The notes under the pieces: generated by a model
Databases searched by the model: none
What the model was told of the DNA's origin: nothing
What the model saw: only the letters and a program-made list of their open reading frames with translations
In this document: in pieces, positions 47,590 to 60,819 of the stretch
How the letters are laid out: every line of letters starts with the position of its first letter
How positions within the stretch are numbered: position 1 is the first letter of the stretch
NCBI RefSeq assembly: GCF_001447785.1
Contig: NW_015175363.1
Coordinates: 730,896-794,895 of the forward strand
Length of the DNA: 64,000 nucleotides
Direction: 5' to 3'
From: Gekko japonicus
Taxonomy: Eukaryota
Program-made: the position numbers and the translations under genes

Positions 47590-47701
47590 GCCTTCTGACA
47601 CACTTCCAGTGATGTCAGGGGGTGTGGCATATGCAAATGAGTTACGCTAATGAGTTATGCTAATAAGCTCCCGCACCTCATTTTCTACGAAATGACCCCT
47701 G
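47590..47701 (-). mobile_element. Terminal fragment of the hAT MITE family seen at 35830
   Basis: Ends ...TTTTCTACGAAATGACCCCTG, the reverse complement of CAGGGGTCATTTCATAGAAAA. Confidence 0.75.
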
Positions 47702-48025
47702 GTTTTCAGAGATAAATATGGAACTCTGGCATATCAGGAAGAGTGTTCAGTCAAACTGAATGGTCTGATAACCCTTGACAGTGTAGCACAGAAGAGTATT
47801 GATGGAATATAAGAATATTTGGATTATCCAAATAGTTCAGCATTTTCTCTCAAAACTGACAACTATATGTTCTAGACGGAACATAAGTAGGGAGCAGAGA
47901 AATCAGTGTTGAGGGCTAGTGAACTTATCTGGAACATATAAAACAATGACATGTTCTTTTGAGGATATGCAGGATTTCTTAAATTGCCACTAAGTAATTA
48001 TAAGCATTCCCCATAAATCTAAAGG

Positions 48026-48636
48026 TGATGCGGAGAGCGCCTAGGAAAGTTCACTACTGGCTGCCACCACTCTGGTATGGGTCTCCTTCGGAGGGCCCAG
48101 AGCACCCACCCTACCCCTTTTTACAGCACTTTTACAGTAGTTTTCCCCTTGTACGTGACCAAATGAGGTGTGAGGACCCAGGCAGAGTAACAAATAGTTT
48201 ATTTAAGAGATTTAACAACAACTTTAAATCTAGAAGGAAAAATGAGCAAAGTAAAGGCAGGTAAATCAATAAAATAATAAATCCTAACACACCTGTCTAC
48301 ACAATCCTAGCCTTCCCTAGGTACCTGTTCAGCCTAATGCAGCCCTTTTCGGATGAGGGATCCTTCTGCCTGCAGCAGCTTCTACCTGCCTTGCTCCCTG
48401 AAAGAGAACACCCTCCCATTATGGGCAAGGCCTTTTATTTCCTCTTCCCAGGCACCTCCCTTTGTTCCCCTGCTGGTGTAGTTTTCCCTCCAGAATCTCC
48501 TGTTACCCAATCATGGGGTCCAGAGGGAATCTGGGAAATGTAGGCCCTGATAGCTACTCCCTAACAGGCTTCCCTGGAGCTATTAGGCCTCTGTAGAGCC
48601 TGTAGGCCGCACCACTATAGGCCCATGATCATGAAA
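48026..48636 (-). mobile_element. Solo LTR (611 bp)
   Basis: Starts with TG and is flanked by a 5-bp duplication AAAGG (48021-48025, 48637-48641). Minus-strand AATAAA and TATA-like motifs are present. The right terminus is mutated. Confidence 0.65.
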
Positions 48637-50224
48637 AAAGGCAAGGGAAATAGTGCCATAAGAAAGGAGTTGTCATCCAGGCAAACATGAATACCAGAAA
48701 TAGGAGGCCAAAGGAGATACAGTAGGATTCTGCAAGAAGGCATGTAGTACAAAGGGTATAACAGCAGTAATGTGTGGACAATATAAATTAGTGCTGGTCA
48801 ACCCAATCACCAGTATAATGAGTTCCTAAAAATTTGTTCTGGTCAGGTTGTGGGTTGATGCATTGGGATACAGCTGCCACCACAGGTTAGTTTTCAAATT
48901 GTCCCATGTAGAATTTATTACATGAGTCAGAATGTCTAATGTTCTATTGATTACTAGCAGATTTTCAGGTTAATATAATTGTGAAGTATCTGAAGAATAC
49001 CAAAAAGAAAGATAGTGTGATCATCTTACTTCATTGGTAACATTTTGATTTTTAAAAGTAGTTCTGTCAAAATATTAAATCCACAAACATTTTGTATCCT
49101 AATAATGGGCAGACTATGCTGTTCTCTGTGTGTTACTTGTCTGTAAACTGGTTTTTGTAAGACATTTCTATGAAATTAGATAATTCCAATATGCACAGAG
49201 CAGAGGTCCCCAGTGTGGTGCCACTGAGTGCCATGGTGTCCACCAGCAACTTTCCAGGTGCAACAGCAGTTGCAGGGTGCTTAAAGCCATGAGGGAGCCT
49301 ACCCCAGCAGTAACGCCTTAGTGATCCTGCCAGCCTGTCAGGTGTAGGAGAGGAGGTGGGATGCTTACAGCCGCCAGGGAGGTTTGCTCAGCAGGATTGC
49401 CTTAGCACTGCTGCTGGCCTAGTCTCCCCTATGCCTTTAAATGCAATACCCCCCCCCCAACATCAGACAGGAGCCATTTCGATGTGTGCCTCCCTCATGA
49501 ACCTGAAGAAATGTCCACCACATCACCACTCCCTCACACCAACTCCCCTTCACACCTCTCACCTCTTACTGCCCCCAAGAAAGTGCCTGGCAAACATCAA
49601 GCCAGATACACCAACACTACAAGGAGGAGGCAACTTAGGAATGTGGCAAAGACATTTGCACATAGTACTCCTGCAGTGCACTGGGCTGCACAGGCCAAGT
49701 ACCAGCAAGATCACCCTGAGGTGCTCAGAACAATACAGTCTCCATATGAGGAAAACAATCCAGGAACACAAGTAGAGAGGCATCACTTTCGTGGAAGGTA
49801 GCAGGAGTTGACTTAACAGATGACTGCTTCTTAAATGGACAGCTCTATGTGGCCTACTCCAGAGTGAGCTCACCAAGCAGCCTGGTGATCCTAGCACCTG
49901 AGGGCAGAACCACCAATGTGGTCTAGAGAGAAGTCCTTCAGTAGAGAGAGAAAAAGTACATATGCCTCACTTCATTTCTTACACTACAATCTTCTCTGTT
50001 AGAATTCCTACAACAAATGTCACATTTCAAATTTTTATATCATCAGTATTATAACTCAATTTACAGAACTTAAATACCGTAGCAAAGCACGAGTAGCAGG
50101 CTAGTACATTATAAAATTGCATCTTAAAAACCATTGAAATTGACAACCCCCACATCATTAAAACAATTAGAAGTTGTGATTTAAGTTGTGAGCTGTAGGT
50201 GACAACTTGTGGTACTTTGCTGTT

Positions 50225-51360
50225 ACCTTCTTTGGGTCTGTCTTGTAGCAGCTGGTTCTGGGTACCATCCTTGCTTTATTGATCTTCTCCTTTACTTAAA
50301 TAGGAGGGTATTGTAATCCTTAAAATGCGTGTTTTTAAATCTTGCAGATGAGAACTCCTGTTTGAGGGATGAAAGCAAATATGACTGTAATGCAGTGTTT
50401 GACTGTAGACTATAGATTGTTTTACGTGTTCTATTGGGTAGGTGGAAGTATGCAGGTATGTTTGACAGTTGTAGTGCCTATGTGTCAATTACAAAGTTTC
50501 TCAATGGTGTCTGGGAAATGTACAAGTTGTGTGGCTGGGTCCATGCTAAAGTTGATGTTGCAGTGAAAATTGTTAAAGTCCTTGTGGAATTTCTTGAGAT
50601 TTTCTTCCTATGTAAGTAGATGACGAAAATTTCATAAATATATGTTACAGGACAGGTATTAATGGTCAAGTGCTGAGGAAGTGTTGATCTAAGTCAGCTA
50701 TGAAAATGTTTGCATACTATGGTGTCATGTGGGTACCTATGGATGAAGGTTTTCAAATTCAAACTAGCTGTAGGTAGGGATGGTGTATTTTGGGCAGAAG
50801 ATAAAAGGTACCTGTGAAGTGTGTTTGTGCTGATCCGTAGATGAGTGGGTAGCTCCTTTGTAGTCTAGTTTAGATCTTTCTCTGGTATTCCTTTGTGGGA
50901 TTTGAGGACTGTGTATGGTAAACATAGAGGTATGGTATTGGAGAGTTGTCTCTTTAGCCTTTTATATTTAGTCCAGGTTGTTCATGATGACAACTGCACC
51001 TTCTTTGCTGGCTTCCATGATCATGATTGTTTTTCAGCTGTTCAGAGCTTCCCTTTCAGCATGGCTGATAGTATTGCTAAAATATAGTTTTTGCTGATTA
51101 CCTCAGTTTGGGTGAAAGCATTGTATTCAATGATCCAGTGAGGCACTGTGACCTTCAGAAAGATTAACTATGTTGTTCTCTGACCTTGAGGATATGTTGT
51201 AGCCTACTGTAGTGTACAGGAGGGTGGAAAGTTTTCTGTCCTTTTCTGTGGGGATATAAATTGTATATGGCTTTCCTCCTCATAGTAATAAGTTCTGACT
51301 CACGAAATCTCATGCTGAATAAATGTTGTTAGTCTTTAAGGTGACATGGACTTCTTTCTG
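50225..51360 (-). mobile_element. Penelope-like (Neptune-type) RT remnant with an inverted pseudo-LTR end
   Basis: QTYLHTSTYP.EHVKQSIVYSQTLHYSHIC matches the PLE RT thumb. 51295-51357 is the typical CTCACGAAA.CTCATGC...AATAAA...TTAGTCTTTAAGGTG end. Confidence 0.8.
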
Positions 51361-54114
51361 TGGCCAGGTTTAAAAAAAAACAGAAAATTTTTATTACTGT
51401 CCCATTAGCAAAAATAAATAAAAAGAAGGTGTGTTCTTTTCCCTTAATGATCCAAAATAATACTTAACCACATTGAGGTTCTAACACACATTGAGGTTCT
51501 AACAAATTGTACATAAAGTGTTTGCCCCAGTACTACAGTGTTACCTGGATGTCGCTGGCATGATAACACCACTTCCTGTGCAATGCCAGCAAAGAGGCCT
51601 AGGCCTTCTTCTTTTTCCTGGTAAACCTCTCTCCACCACCACCTGCCAGCAGATCCCCAGCTGGGGGTAGGGCCTGGCAATGGGGAACCATTGCCTCCAC
51701 AAGGTGCTCTGGCAACCCTAGTTTCCATTATAGTATTTAGTGAAATGAGTCTTCTTATGAAGCTGGTCCATATGATCACCAAAAACTAATCTTTGTTAAA
51801 ATCTGATAAAAGATTAATTTGATAACTTGTTGACTGTTATAAAAACTGCCATCCATTGTAGAGATAAACTTGTTTAGTCTTTTTTTTTTTTTACTTTAGT
51901 GCAGTAGAAGCAAAACTATGCTCTGAAATATGTGGGTAGAATTGGCCCAGACTTTTCTTTGAGTAACTAAAATTTCTTCTTGAAGCCTTTCCATCAAATG
52001 GTCTAATTGGGAATACAAATGGCCTCAATCTATCTTTACAATTTCTATAGTGAACTTGTTTACATGAAAAGTGGACTAACGTCACTAACAGTACTGCACC
52101 ATATGACTTTTCAGAACCCTTCAATGCTAGTTCTTCAAAGTATTTCCTCATCAAAGATACAAGAAAAAGAAAGAAAATGATAAAAGGGGTTGAAGCATAC
52201 AGAGAGCATACTCTGCACTAGACTTGCCTTCCAAGACCAAGTGTGATAACGTTTTTAAGTCCTTATGTAAAATAGTTGATACAATATCTCAATATCCTTG
52301 ACTGTCAGTATATGAATTCACCTTCCTGTTCACTCTTTTTCTGACACTTTTTTTTCTTTTGCCCTTTTTATCTTCCCACTTCAAACTGGCTTCTAAGTTT
52401 TGAATTCCCTCTGAGCCAGAAACACATGCATTGTAAGATCACTGAATACAGGGTTTTTTCACCTAATGTTTCTTTGTCATTATTTTACTTTTATTTATAG
52501 TCAGGATATTATTGTATGTTGTTTGTTACATGTGGTTTTAAATGCTAGGTTGCAGTTTCATTCCCAAAGCCTTAAGTGGGCAGATTCCAAAGAGCCTAGT
52601 GAGAAAGTTCACTTTTTCTCTACAAATAGTTGGCACTCCTTCCTCTCCCCCATGGCCTGCCTTAAGATATAAACTCCCTTGAATTCATGAAACAACTTTT
52701 GTATTTATGTGGCTGCTGACCATAGTTTAATGGATTACCTTGACTGCCTTTCAGGACTTTTATGTAACATCATAATTTTCTACACAAGTGCTTTTTTATA
52801 AAAAAATTTACTATGTCCTATTTGAGTGTGGGTGGAAACGAAATAACAGGAATGAAACTGTCTGAAAGCTGGAGTTAAAAAGTTGGAAACATTGATAAAA
52901 CCAATGAATCTGGCATCATGTAAGTTGCTTTTTTACCAGATATTAATGCAGAGTATTGACCCACATGTGTTCTAAAACATTCATTTGTTCAACTACTTTC
53001 CACTGCTGTTAGCCCCCACTGGCAAGAAAAATGCATTTTAAATCTTGAGCTTCTCCCTTACTGCTATTTACATCAATCATTTCTAGAACAGCTTTTCCTA
53101 AAAGTCACAAGTCACAAGTGTTATTTTTGAAAAAGATGAGGAAAACATATTGCAACTTCTCCTTTACTCTGCACATACTGCTGAGCTCTGTAACTTCCTG
53201 CAAATGGATGTATTATACAATTTCACAGCATGTTTGAGTGTTCCTAGGCGAAATAAATTTTGACAAGATGACATATTGAAAGTAACAGAAGAAGATGTCC
53301 AGAATCAGTTGATATCCATACACCATGGGTCATTTGTTTGGGATATATGCATTGTTTTGTTGCACTTATTTTAAAAAATCTCATTAAATGCTCCTTTTAT
53401 TGTCTTTGTAGATGGAGAAATACCTGCAGAGCATAATTGCATATAGACAATTTTCTATCTCCGCAGTAGTTTTGAACTTTGTCATTGATAAAATTAAGAT
53501 GCACTCAAAATATGGATTTAGTTCTTTTTTATATTTCTCACACTCTCATTTTACAGATGGTTAATAGCCCATCCATAGTAGAGCATTCATCCTAAAGCAA
53601 TAGGGATTGTTTGACCAAACATCTGTGTGTGTGTTTTAGCGTCAATAGTAAGCATTTATTTTCAACTGCACTACACTGTATGATACAAATGTCATCTAAC
53701 TTTGAATATCCATGAATAATTATTTAGTGTCTGACTTGTAAATTCTTTTTGCTGAGAGCTAAGAATATAATACAAATTTAAATGCCTTTCTGCTAAAGGC
53801 TGAAATTGATGTAGTTNNNNNNNNNNNNNNNNNNNNCCTGCTGAAAAGTAGGAGAGTTGGATTTGAGCGATTTTTATTTTCTCAGTAAGGTAAATGCACT
53901 CTTGAAATGAATTCTCTAAGAAGTTTTTTTTAATGGAAATAGAAATTTGTTCCCCTTTTCATTTTGAAAGGCATAGCATCCACCCCAGAGCCTTATTAGT
54001 TATATATTTTTATGAAATGTGTACTAGGAATTCCTGGGTAAGTGTGCTTCTCTTTGACTTCTTTAAATGAAGCAAATTCATTTGTGTATACCTTCTCTAG
54101 GGATCAAATCTCCT

Positions 54115-54800
54115 TGTTGCAAGCCAGGCCAGGAATGGCATAGGGTGTGCTGCCAGAGCGCAGAGGTAGTAAGGCAAGAGCACCAAGTCAAGAAGCATAG
54201 TCAAGGTCTGGTCCATGGGTATGCACAGAGTCAGGAGTCTAGTCTGAGGGTCAGTCCATACAGCAGGGTCTGAGAATCTGAGAGTTACTCATGAAAAGGT
54301 TCAGGAGCAAGATGAAGGCAGAGTTAGGAAACAGTCCGAAGAGTCACAGGGTTGAGGCAGGAGCCAATGCAGTAGTCACAGAGTCAGAGGGATTTCGACT
54401 TGTTGCTTTCATACCTGACAGCCTTCCTTAGCTGGTTTTTATAGCCATATGTTTAAGGGTCACGCTTACAGCCAGCTGCTCGGGAGTAATCCTGCAACTA
54501 CTGAAGCAGTTGGCATCGGGCCAGGAGATGTGCACTTTGTTGTCTTTCTTGTAGTTCTGTCCGTAGCCTCCATCTGCAGCACTCTAAGGGTTTGAGTGAT
54601 ACTGGAGGGCTGGAAATGATCAACTGAGTTTCACCTGTTGAATCAGAGCTGGAGGGTATGGGGGGGCTTTGCACCAGCTGTTGGCTGTGAATCCTGACAA
54701 GCCTGCAGCTCATCTTCTTGCTAACTGGCTTCTCCTGACTCAGAGCTCCTCTTCTCCTGAGGAGTCCATGCTCTCGCTGAGCCCTGGCTGACCCAAGACA
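54115..54800 (-). mobile_element. Probable solo LTR, Gypsy-like
   Basis: TGT...ACA ends, near-TSD CTCCT/CTCTT, reverse TATA (TTTTATAG) near 54440 and AGTC-rich repeats. Confidence 0.5.
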
Positions 54801-54936
54801 CTCTTTCAGCTTCATAATTTTACTTGGATAACATGGTGTAGTTTTGTTGACGAGACTAATGGGAAATATAACTAAGACATTATTTGTACAGATTGCAAAG
54901 GACTAGCCAACTTAATCTCCTGTAACAAAATAAGAC

Positions 54937-55058
54937 AAAGTCCAGTGGTGCCTTGTAATAAACTGTGTTAGGCTTCAATATGAGCTTTCATGAGCTGTGA
55001 CATGTGACAACTCATATTGTGATAAATGGTTTTAGTCTTTAAGGTGCTACTGGACTTT
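54937..55058. mobile_element. Palindromic Penelope-derived mini-element
   Basis: Arms AAAGTCCAGTGGTGCCTT and AAGGTGCTACTGGACTTT are inverted PLE pseudo-LTR ends like the one at 51330-51357. Confidence 0.65.
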
Positions 55059-55579
55059 TGTTTCACGCATACATCATTTGATAGTGTGCTCTTGGTGCAC
55101 TATGGGAATCATTCACAACTAGCTTTTCCTTCTTAGGCAGGGCAGTCTGATTAGAGATTATTGCCATTGTACGATGATAATGCAATATCTAGTGATGTCT
55201 GAATGTAGCCTATATCAAGGATAACTCCAAGGAACTGCAACTAGCAAGGTATAGTGTAAGCTCTTCCTCAATATTTCCAGCCACCCTTTTTACCGGCCAA
55301 ACTGTGAGTCGCATTATGTCAGGATATAATGAATTACTACTTTGTTTAATTCCATTGCCTAAAGTGTTAGAATCCAGATCAGCCACCTGGGAGGACAGAC
55401 TAGCTGTCCTCTGATCTTTGCCGTTATTCCTGTTCTTACATCTGACTGCACATAAATGTATATGTAGAGCCATCCTGCCCCCTTTGTTACTGAAGCTAGT
55501 AAAATATCAGTTGAATTTCCAAATATAGAAGATAGAGAGTACTACCATTTTCTACACATAAAATGGTCTTGTAAAGAAT

Positions 55580-56542
55580 TGTACATGCGTGGGGTGCGGG
55601 AGCGGAGCGAGCCTGGTGGCCGCGGTGGAACAACATGGGGCTGGGCACTGCTGGCGATCCCGGACCCCTGCTGCTGGCGGCACAGGTTGCCAGGTGGCCG
55701 AGTAGCAGCCTGGCAGCTGAACTGGGACTGCGTGGTGCCGCTGTTAGTGATTGCCGAGCATCTGAGTGGCGACCCGCATCTCCTGGCGACTGGGCTCTCA
55801 GGGGGTGTTGGCTGAGGCATGCACTTGGGCTGGGTCTGGGAATGGGCCACTGGTGGCCCCGGCGTCTTTTGGTGGGATGGCTTGGGGAGGGCTTGCGGCG
55901 TGTGGCCTGTGTGTGGGAGTAAGGCGAGCCTGGCAGTTTCACTGGGCCAATGTGGGGCTGCTGCTGGCAGTCCCGGGCCCCTGCTGCTGGCGGCCCTGGG
56001 CCCCTGCTTCTGGCGGCCCTGGGCCCCTGTTTCTGGCAGCCCTGGGCCCCTGCTTCTGGTGGCGCAGGTTGCCAGGTGGCCAAGTTGCACCCCAGCAGGA
56101 GCAGGGCGATCCTGGCAGTTGAATTGGGGCTGCATTGCGCCAGTGCTGGCAGTTGCCGAGCAGCCGAGTGGAGCCCCGTGGCTCTTGGTGACTGGGTTCC
56201 CATGGGTGGATGCTGAGGTGTGCATTTGGGCTGGGCCCGGGAAGGGGCCACTGGTGGCCCCAGTGCCTTGCGGTGGGATGGCTCAGGGAGGGCCCACGGC
56301 ACGCCACAATGGCTCCCAACATGGCAAAACGGTGTCTGGTACAGCCCTCATCGGGCTCCTGGCAAGGCCATGGAGGGCCACTTCACGCAGCCCACCTAGG
56401 AGGGGCAGCGGGCCTATGCAGACCCAGCCGGCTTCGCGGCAGCCTGGCACCTTTGGCAGCGCACGACAGGGCAGAAGCCTGAAGAAAGGCTCCACAGGCA
56501 AACGGCTCTCCTGATGCAAATGGCATCCTCTCTCCTCAGGTG
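55580..56542. repeat. Unclassified GC-rich element with two 320-400 bp monomers and a 23-bp minisatellite
   Basis: GCGAGCCTGG recurs at about 55607 and 55924, GGCCACTGGTGGCCCC at about 55845 and 56246. The 23-mer CTGCTTCTGGCGGCCCTGGGCCC occurs 4.5 times at 55958-56063. Confidence 0.7.
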
Positions 56543-58893
56543 AATCTCTGTTGTTAGGCGAATTTTGGTGTGCAGTGCTTCTGTGGGTGTGATGAAGGCA
56601 ACGCACCCAGTGGCCAGGGATCCATTTCTGAGTGGCAGGTCATATTTCTCTGATCTTCTTCCTAACATGATTGTTATCATAGTATTTTTTTACATAGCAG
56701 TAAACTTTATTAATCCATGAGTGTGGATATTTTCCTGTTACAAATTTTGAAATACATATGAAGCATTTATGCCATAAAAATATTGGAATTTAGTAGTTGC
56801 TTTATGCCTTTTGATAACACTGTAAGAATAAGGACATAAATTATCCTGGTTTATAATTTTTGAATGTCTGTTACTTTATGAATATTAATATATTCATGAA
56901 GCTTGACATCTGTCACTTGAGATGTTCAAAATTTTCTTTTTTAAAAAATGACAAATTTAATGGCTCTTTTTAGAGCCAACTAGTCTGGAGAAGTTTGCAA
57001 GAATATCTTGACAGGGGTTTTTTGCACATTTTTGCACCAAGTTGTGAAGCTCCCAGATAGCTTTGTTTCTTGTCAGTTTTGACACCTATTTCAGTCCTCT
57101 TTGTAGTATAATTAAGTATCTGGTGGATCCTCAGTCTGTGATGTAGGGAAGTTATTTGCATTTCTGGATGAACTGCTTTTTCAGATCAAATGCTAACTTT
57201 GGGCTGTTCACTTTAACTTCACTTATGCCTGTAAGAACAAAGAACAATACAGAATCATTTGATTTGTAATGATTTCTACAGACTCAGCACTATGGCTGCA
57301 GGAATAAACACATACTATAACGCTAAAAATTCAGGAATAAGCACCAGTTATTTCAGAAGAATAATCAAATGTAACACTGTAGTGGACAGTCATAGTCATC
57401 TCACTTTAAAAATATAGCCTCTGCAAGACCTATAGCTCAGACTGAAGAGTCCAATGCTGGAATGTTGCCTACACCATTAATTGATATCCTATACCTGTTC
57501 TGCAAAGGAGAAATGTGACAGAAGCACCCCTCAACAAGGTGCAAAGAGTAGAGCAGTTGAACCACAATTCATAGCAACCTCATTGCAAGTCACTAATCAC
57601 AGAGTTGGCATGCCATCAGTGTCCTTGTGACAGGTAGATGGAGATAGCCAAATGGTACACACTGAGGTGCCCATGTCCCTATGATGTGTGGTGGTGGAAC
57701 GTGTTGTCAAGTTGCAGACAAATTATGGCAACCCCTCATGAATTGCATGGGTTTGGGTCCCATGGAGACACTGGTAAAAAGGCAAAACTCACCTTTTGGC
57801 CAATAACAGGCTGAACAAAATCAAAACATCCATCAAAAAGAGGCTGAGCTAAAACCCTGGTCACTGCAGCTGTTGGAAGTGCATTGCTGTACTGGGAATG
57901 GGGGCTTCCTGTCATATCCCCCTTTTGGAGAGTTCAGTTCAATGTGCCGGTTCTCACCTCCAAAGCCATTCATGATTTGAGCCACATGTGTGCTATACCA
58001 AAATATGCTAGCTGTGGATTCTTTGTGGGTTTAACCATCTATCATTGATGTACTTTTCCCATAGAAGCTCCACTACAGAGAAATGAGTTCACTCTGGTGA
58101 TCCTTAAAAAAAAGTTGTTGGCCTTTAGAAAGGCAGCTGAGACCTTTCTGTTTCAGAGGTGCTTTTTAGAAGTTTCTATGATTTTTTTTGCTGTTTTCTA
58201 TGAGTTCATCAATCAAACATTGACAGTAGGAATGGTCTCAGCCTCACCCAGAAGATTACTATGGAATTACTACAACAAGGACTAGAAATTGTGCAAAGCA
58301 GACAGGCATGTAGTAGACTGTAAATAAAGGTATGAGGCCTTATGCTCACGATTTGGATATATCAAAACAGCATCAACAGCACAACTTTTGGTGGGCTTTA
58401 ACCTTTCCAAACTCCAGGACACAGGCTTAACATGGCAACACGGGATGCACTAAACTGCAGTCATGTTGCAAGAAGGCATGTGACAGACTTGTATGACAGG
58501 AAGATGAGGAAATAGAATTGTCTCCAAGCAGATCTAGAGAATTGGAAGACTGATTGGTGGGATGAGGGACAGGCTAGGTTAGGGAACAAAAAGATGACAC
58601 GTGAGAGGTTTTTTGTAGGAATTGGGTATTTGAACCTGTCTGGGTTAGAGAAGAACGTTCTCTGCCAGTGAGTGATCTTGGTGGTTCTCCGTTTTGTTGT
58701 TCCTCTCAGTATGTTTGCCAGGTGAGGCAGGAGATGTGGCACCCATGTAGGAGGTGTGATGTTATGATGACTCCTCAAATTTCCCTCCCTCAGAGATAGA
58801 TTTTTTCCCTCCAAAATTTTGTTCCCTTCTGTGACTGAGCCACCCCAAGTAACATGGTTTTATTCTTTTTTTAAAGACTTTTTTTTAAGACCC

Positions 58894-59644
58894 TGTCACA
58901 GAGATATAATTTGGCTTTAAGCCCAGCCCTGGAACCCAAGGGAAGAATAAGGAGCCGTCTTGGGTTGAACCCCTTCAAATTGCACGTGAGGTGTAATCAG
59001 GCATTTTTAACTTAGAGGCAAAAATCAGTGGTTGTACGGATTGTTATTCTTTATACAGGCTAGTGAGAGTTATTGAAGATTATTTTCTTAGTTATTGAGT
59101 TCTTAATACTGAGAGGCTTTCCCCCTGTGTTTTCCAAACACTACAATGCTTCTTTTAATAGAGTTTCCTATTTCTCCTCGTATTTCCTTGAGCCTGTTAC
59201 CTTCTTTCAGTACCTAACTCCATTCCTTTTAATCCCTAATTTCTATCTAGCTCTTGAGGTGTCTCAAGCAGTTTCTTTTCACAAGAGACCGGGAACTCCT
59301 CCTCCCAGAGATAACTCTCCCACTGGGCAGGGATTCTTCTAATTTCTATAAAAGATATATCCCCTTTCCTTTGGCCTGAATGGGAGTCTTATATCACTAC
59401 TCAACAACCTTTCCAAATTTCATTCCCAGTTCTTGTGTTTGTGCAAAACTACTTTTAAGAGCAAATTTTCAGCCGTTTAAAGTACAGAATCGACTCTCTT
59501 CTCTCAAATCAAGAATCCATCAGAATTCCCCTTCTCCCTCAGCACCCAGCTGGAGCTAGCCAATCAGAGTGCTTGGAGCAGCCTGTCACTCAAAGCTCTC
59601 CATTCTTGAGAAGATTTAACTCTTCATGTCCCTTTACTCTGATA
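58894..59644 (-). mobile_element. Possible solo LTR
   Basis: TGTCACAGAG...CTCTGATA ends and LTR-like composition with a CCAAT motif; no TSD seen. Confidence 0.4.
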
Positions 59645-59673
59645 GTGCAGCATTTTGAAGCCTGTTTTAAGGG

Positions 59674-59889
59674 CTGTCCATCACAGATGCATACACACTA
59701 GCAGCAAGTCCTTCCAAGAAGGAGAAGAGGAGTTTACAACTCGATAGATGGGGCTTTGTAATCCACCTGAGGGCCTTAACCCTGTCCATCACAGATACAT
59801 ACACACTAGCAGCAAGTCCTTCCAAGAAGGAGAAGAGGAGTTTACAACTCGATAGATGGGGCTTTGTAATCCACCTGAGGGCCTTAACC
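59674..59889. repeat. 108-bp tandem duplication (2 copies, 1 mismatch)
   Basis: CTGTCCATCACAGA...GCCTTAACC begins at both 59674 and 59782. Confidence 0.92.
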
Positions 59890-59987
59890 CATGGGTTGAA
59901 GACCACTTGGTTATGGAGTGGATCCAACCATCCTTAAAGTAGCCTTCCTCCAGCCTAAGGAGCCATCCAATGCAAGTCGCTTAAGAC

Positions 59988-60193
59988 CAATGCTTCCTCT
60001 AAACTGTGGAGTCGTGTGAGCAAAAATTCAACTTTGTGAGCTACTGGCATTAAACTTGTGAGCCAGCAATTTGGCTACTGCATAAATTAGTTTGCTCTGG
60101 AGCCATCCTTCCGGAGCTAAGACAAAAATGTGTGAGTTAGAGGCTAAAAAACTGTGAGCTAGCTCACACTAACTCAGCTTAGAGGGAACACTG
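59988..60193. mobile_element. hAT-type MITE
   Basis: TIRs CAATGCTTCCTCTAA and TTAGAGGGAACACTG; 8-bp TSD CTTAAGAC/CTTGAGAC. Confidence 0.8.
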
Positions 60194-60819
60194 CTTGAGA
60201 CTGGAGGAAAGCTTCAAACTTAAGTCAGAAGGGAAGGTGGTGTTTGGATATTTTAATAAATAAATAAACTGTACTCAGTGGAATTGTAGGACAAGGGTAA
60301 GATCCACCACTATATGTATTGTTTTGGCCAAAATGAATTAGTGTTGTTCTTAATATAAAATTAAGAAAAAAGATAGTAGTGTAATCCACCTTAGTGTAGA
60401 GTACGATAGATCAGGGCTGGCTCATGAGATAGATCAGGGCTGGCTCATTACCTGTAAACTAATGAACTAAGCAAGAAGTATATTTGCCAGTTCAGAGTTT
60501 AGTAAAGAAATATGACAGGGTTTTACATTTGCTTCGATGAGGAATTAAGGCAGCATTCAGACAATAAGCCACAATTTAATTAAATTCCAGTTCAGTATAG
60601 TTTCTAAATGCTGGCTGCCCAATGAACTTTTTTTTTTAATTGAATGTTAAACTAAGATTCTGAACCACAGTTTGTAGCTTGCAGTGACATCTGAGTGCAG
60701 AAATCCCAGTATACGTAGAATCATCCCTTACCATCTCCTGCATACAGGGTCTAACAATCAGGTATGGATGGTACATTCTCAGGACATGCTGTGTCCTTCC
60801 TTCTGCCTTCTTTCCACAC

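Noticed and set aside
49560-49800. GIY-YIG endonuclease remnant (LHIVLLQCTGL...MRKTIQEHK)
   Set aside because: The resemblance is too weak by eye and the core YIG motif is absent. Left uncalled.
55635-56482. Ankyrin-like or MIB2-like peptides in GC-rich ORFs (GDPGPLLLAAQ, PLHAAHLGG; also SLHYA at 4558-5037)
   Set aside because: There is no 33-aa periodicity, the motifs lie in different frames, and PLLLAA arises from the 23-bp repeat. Not supportable without an HMM search.
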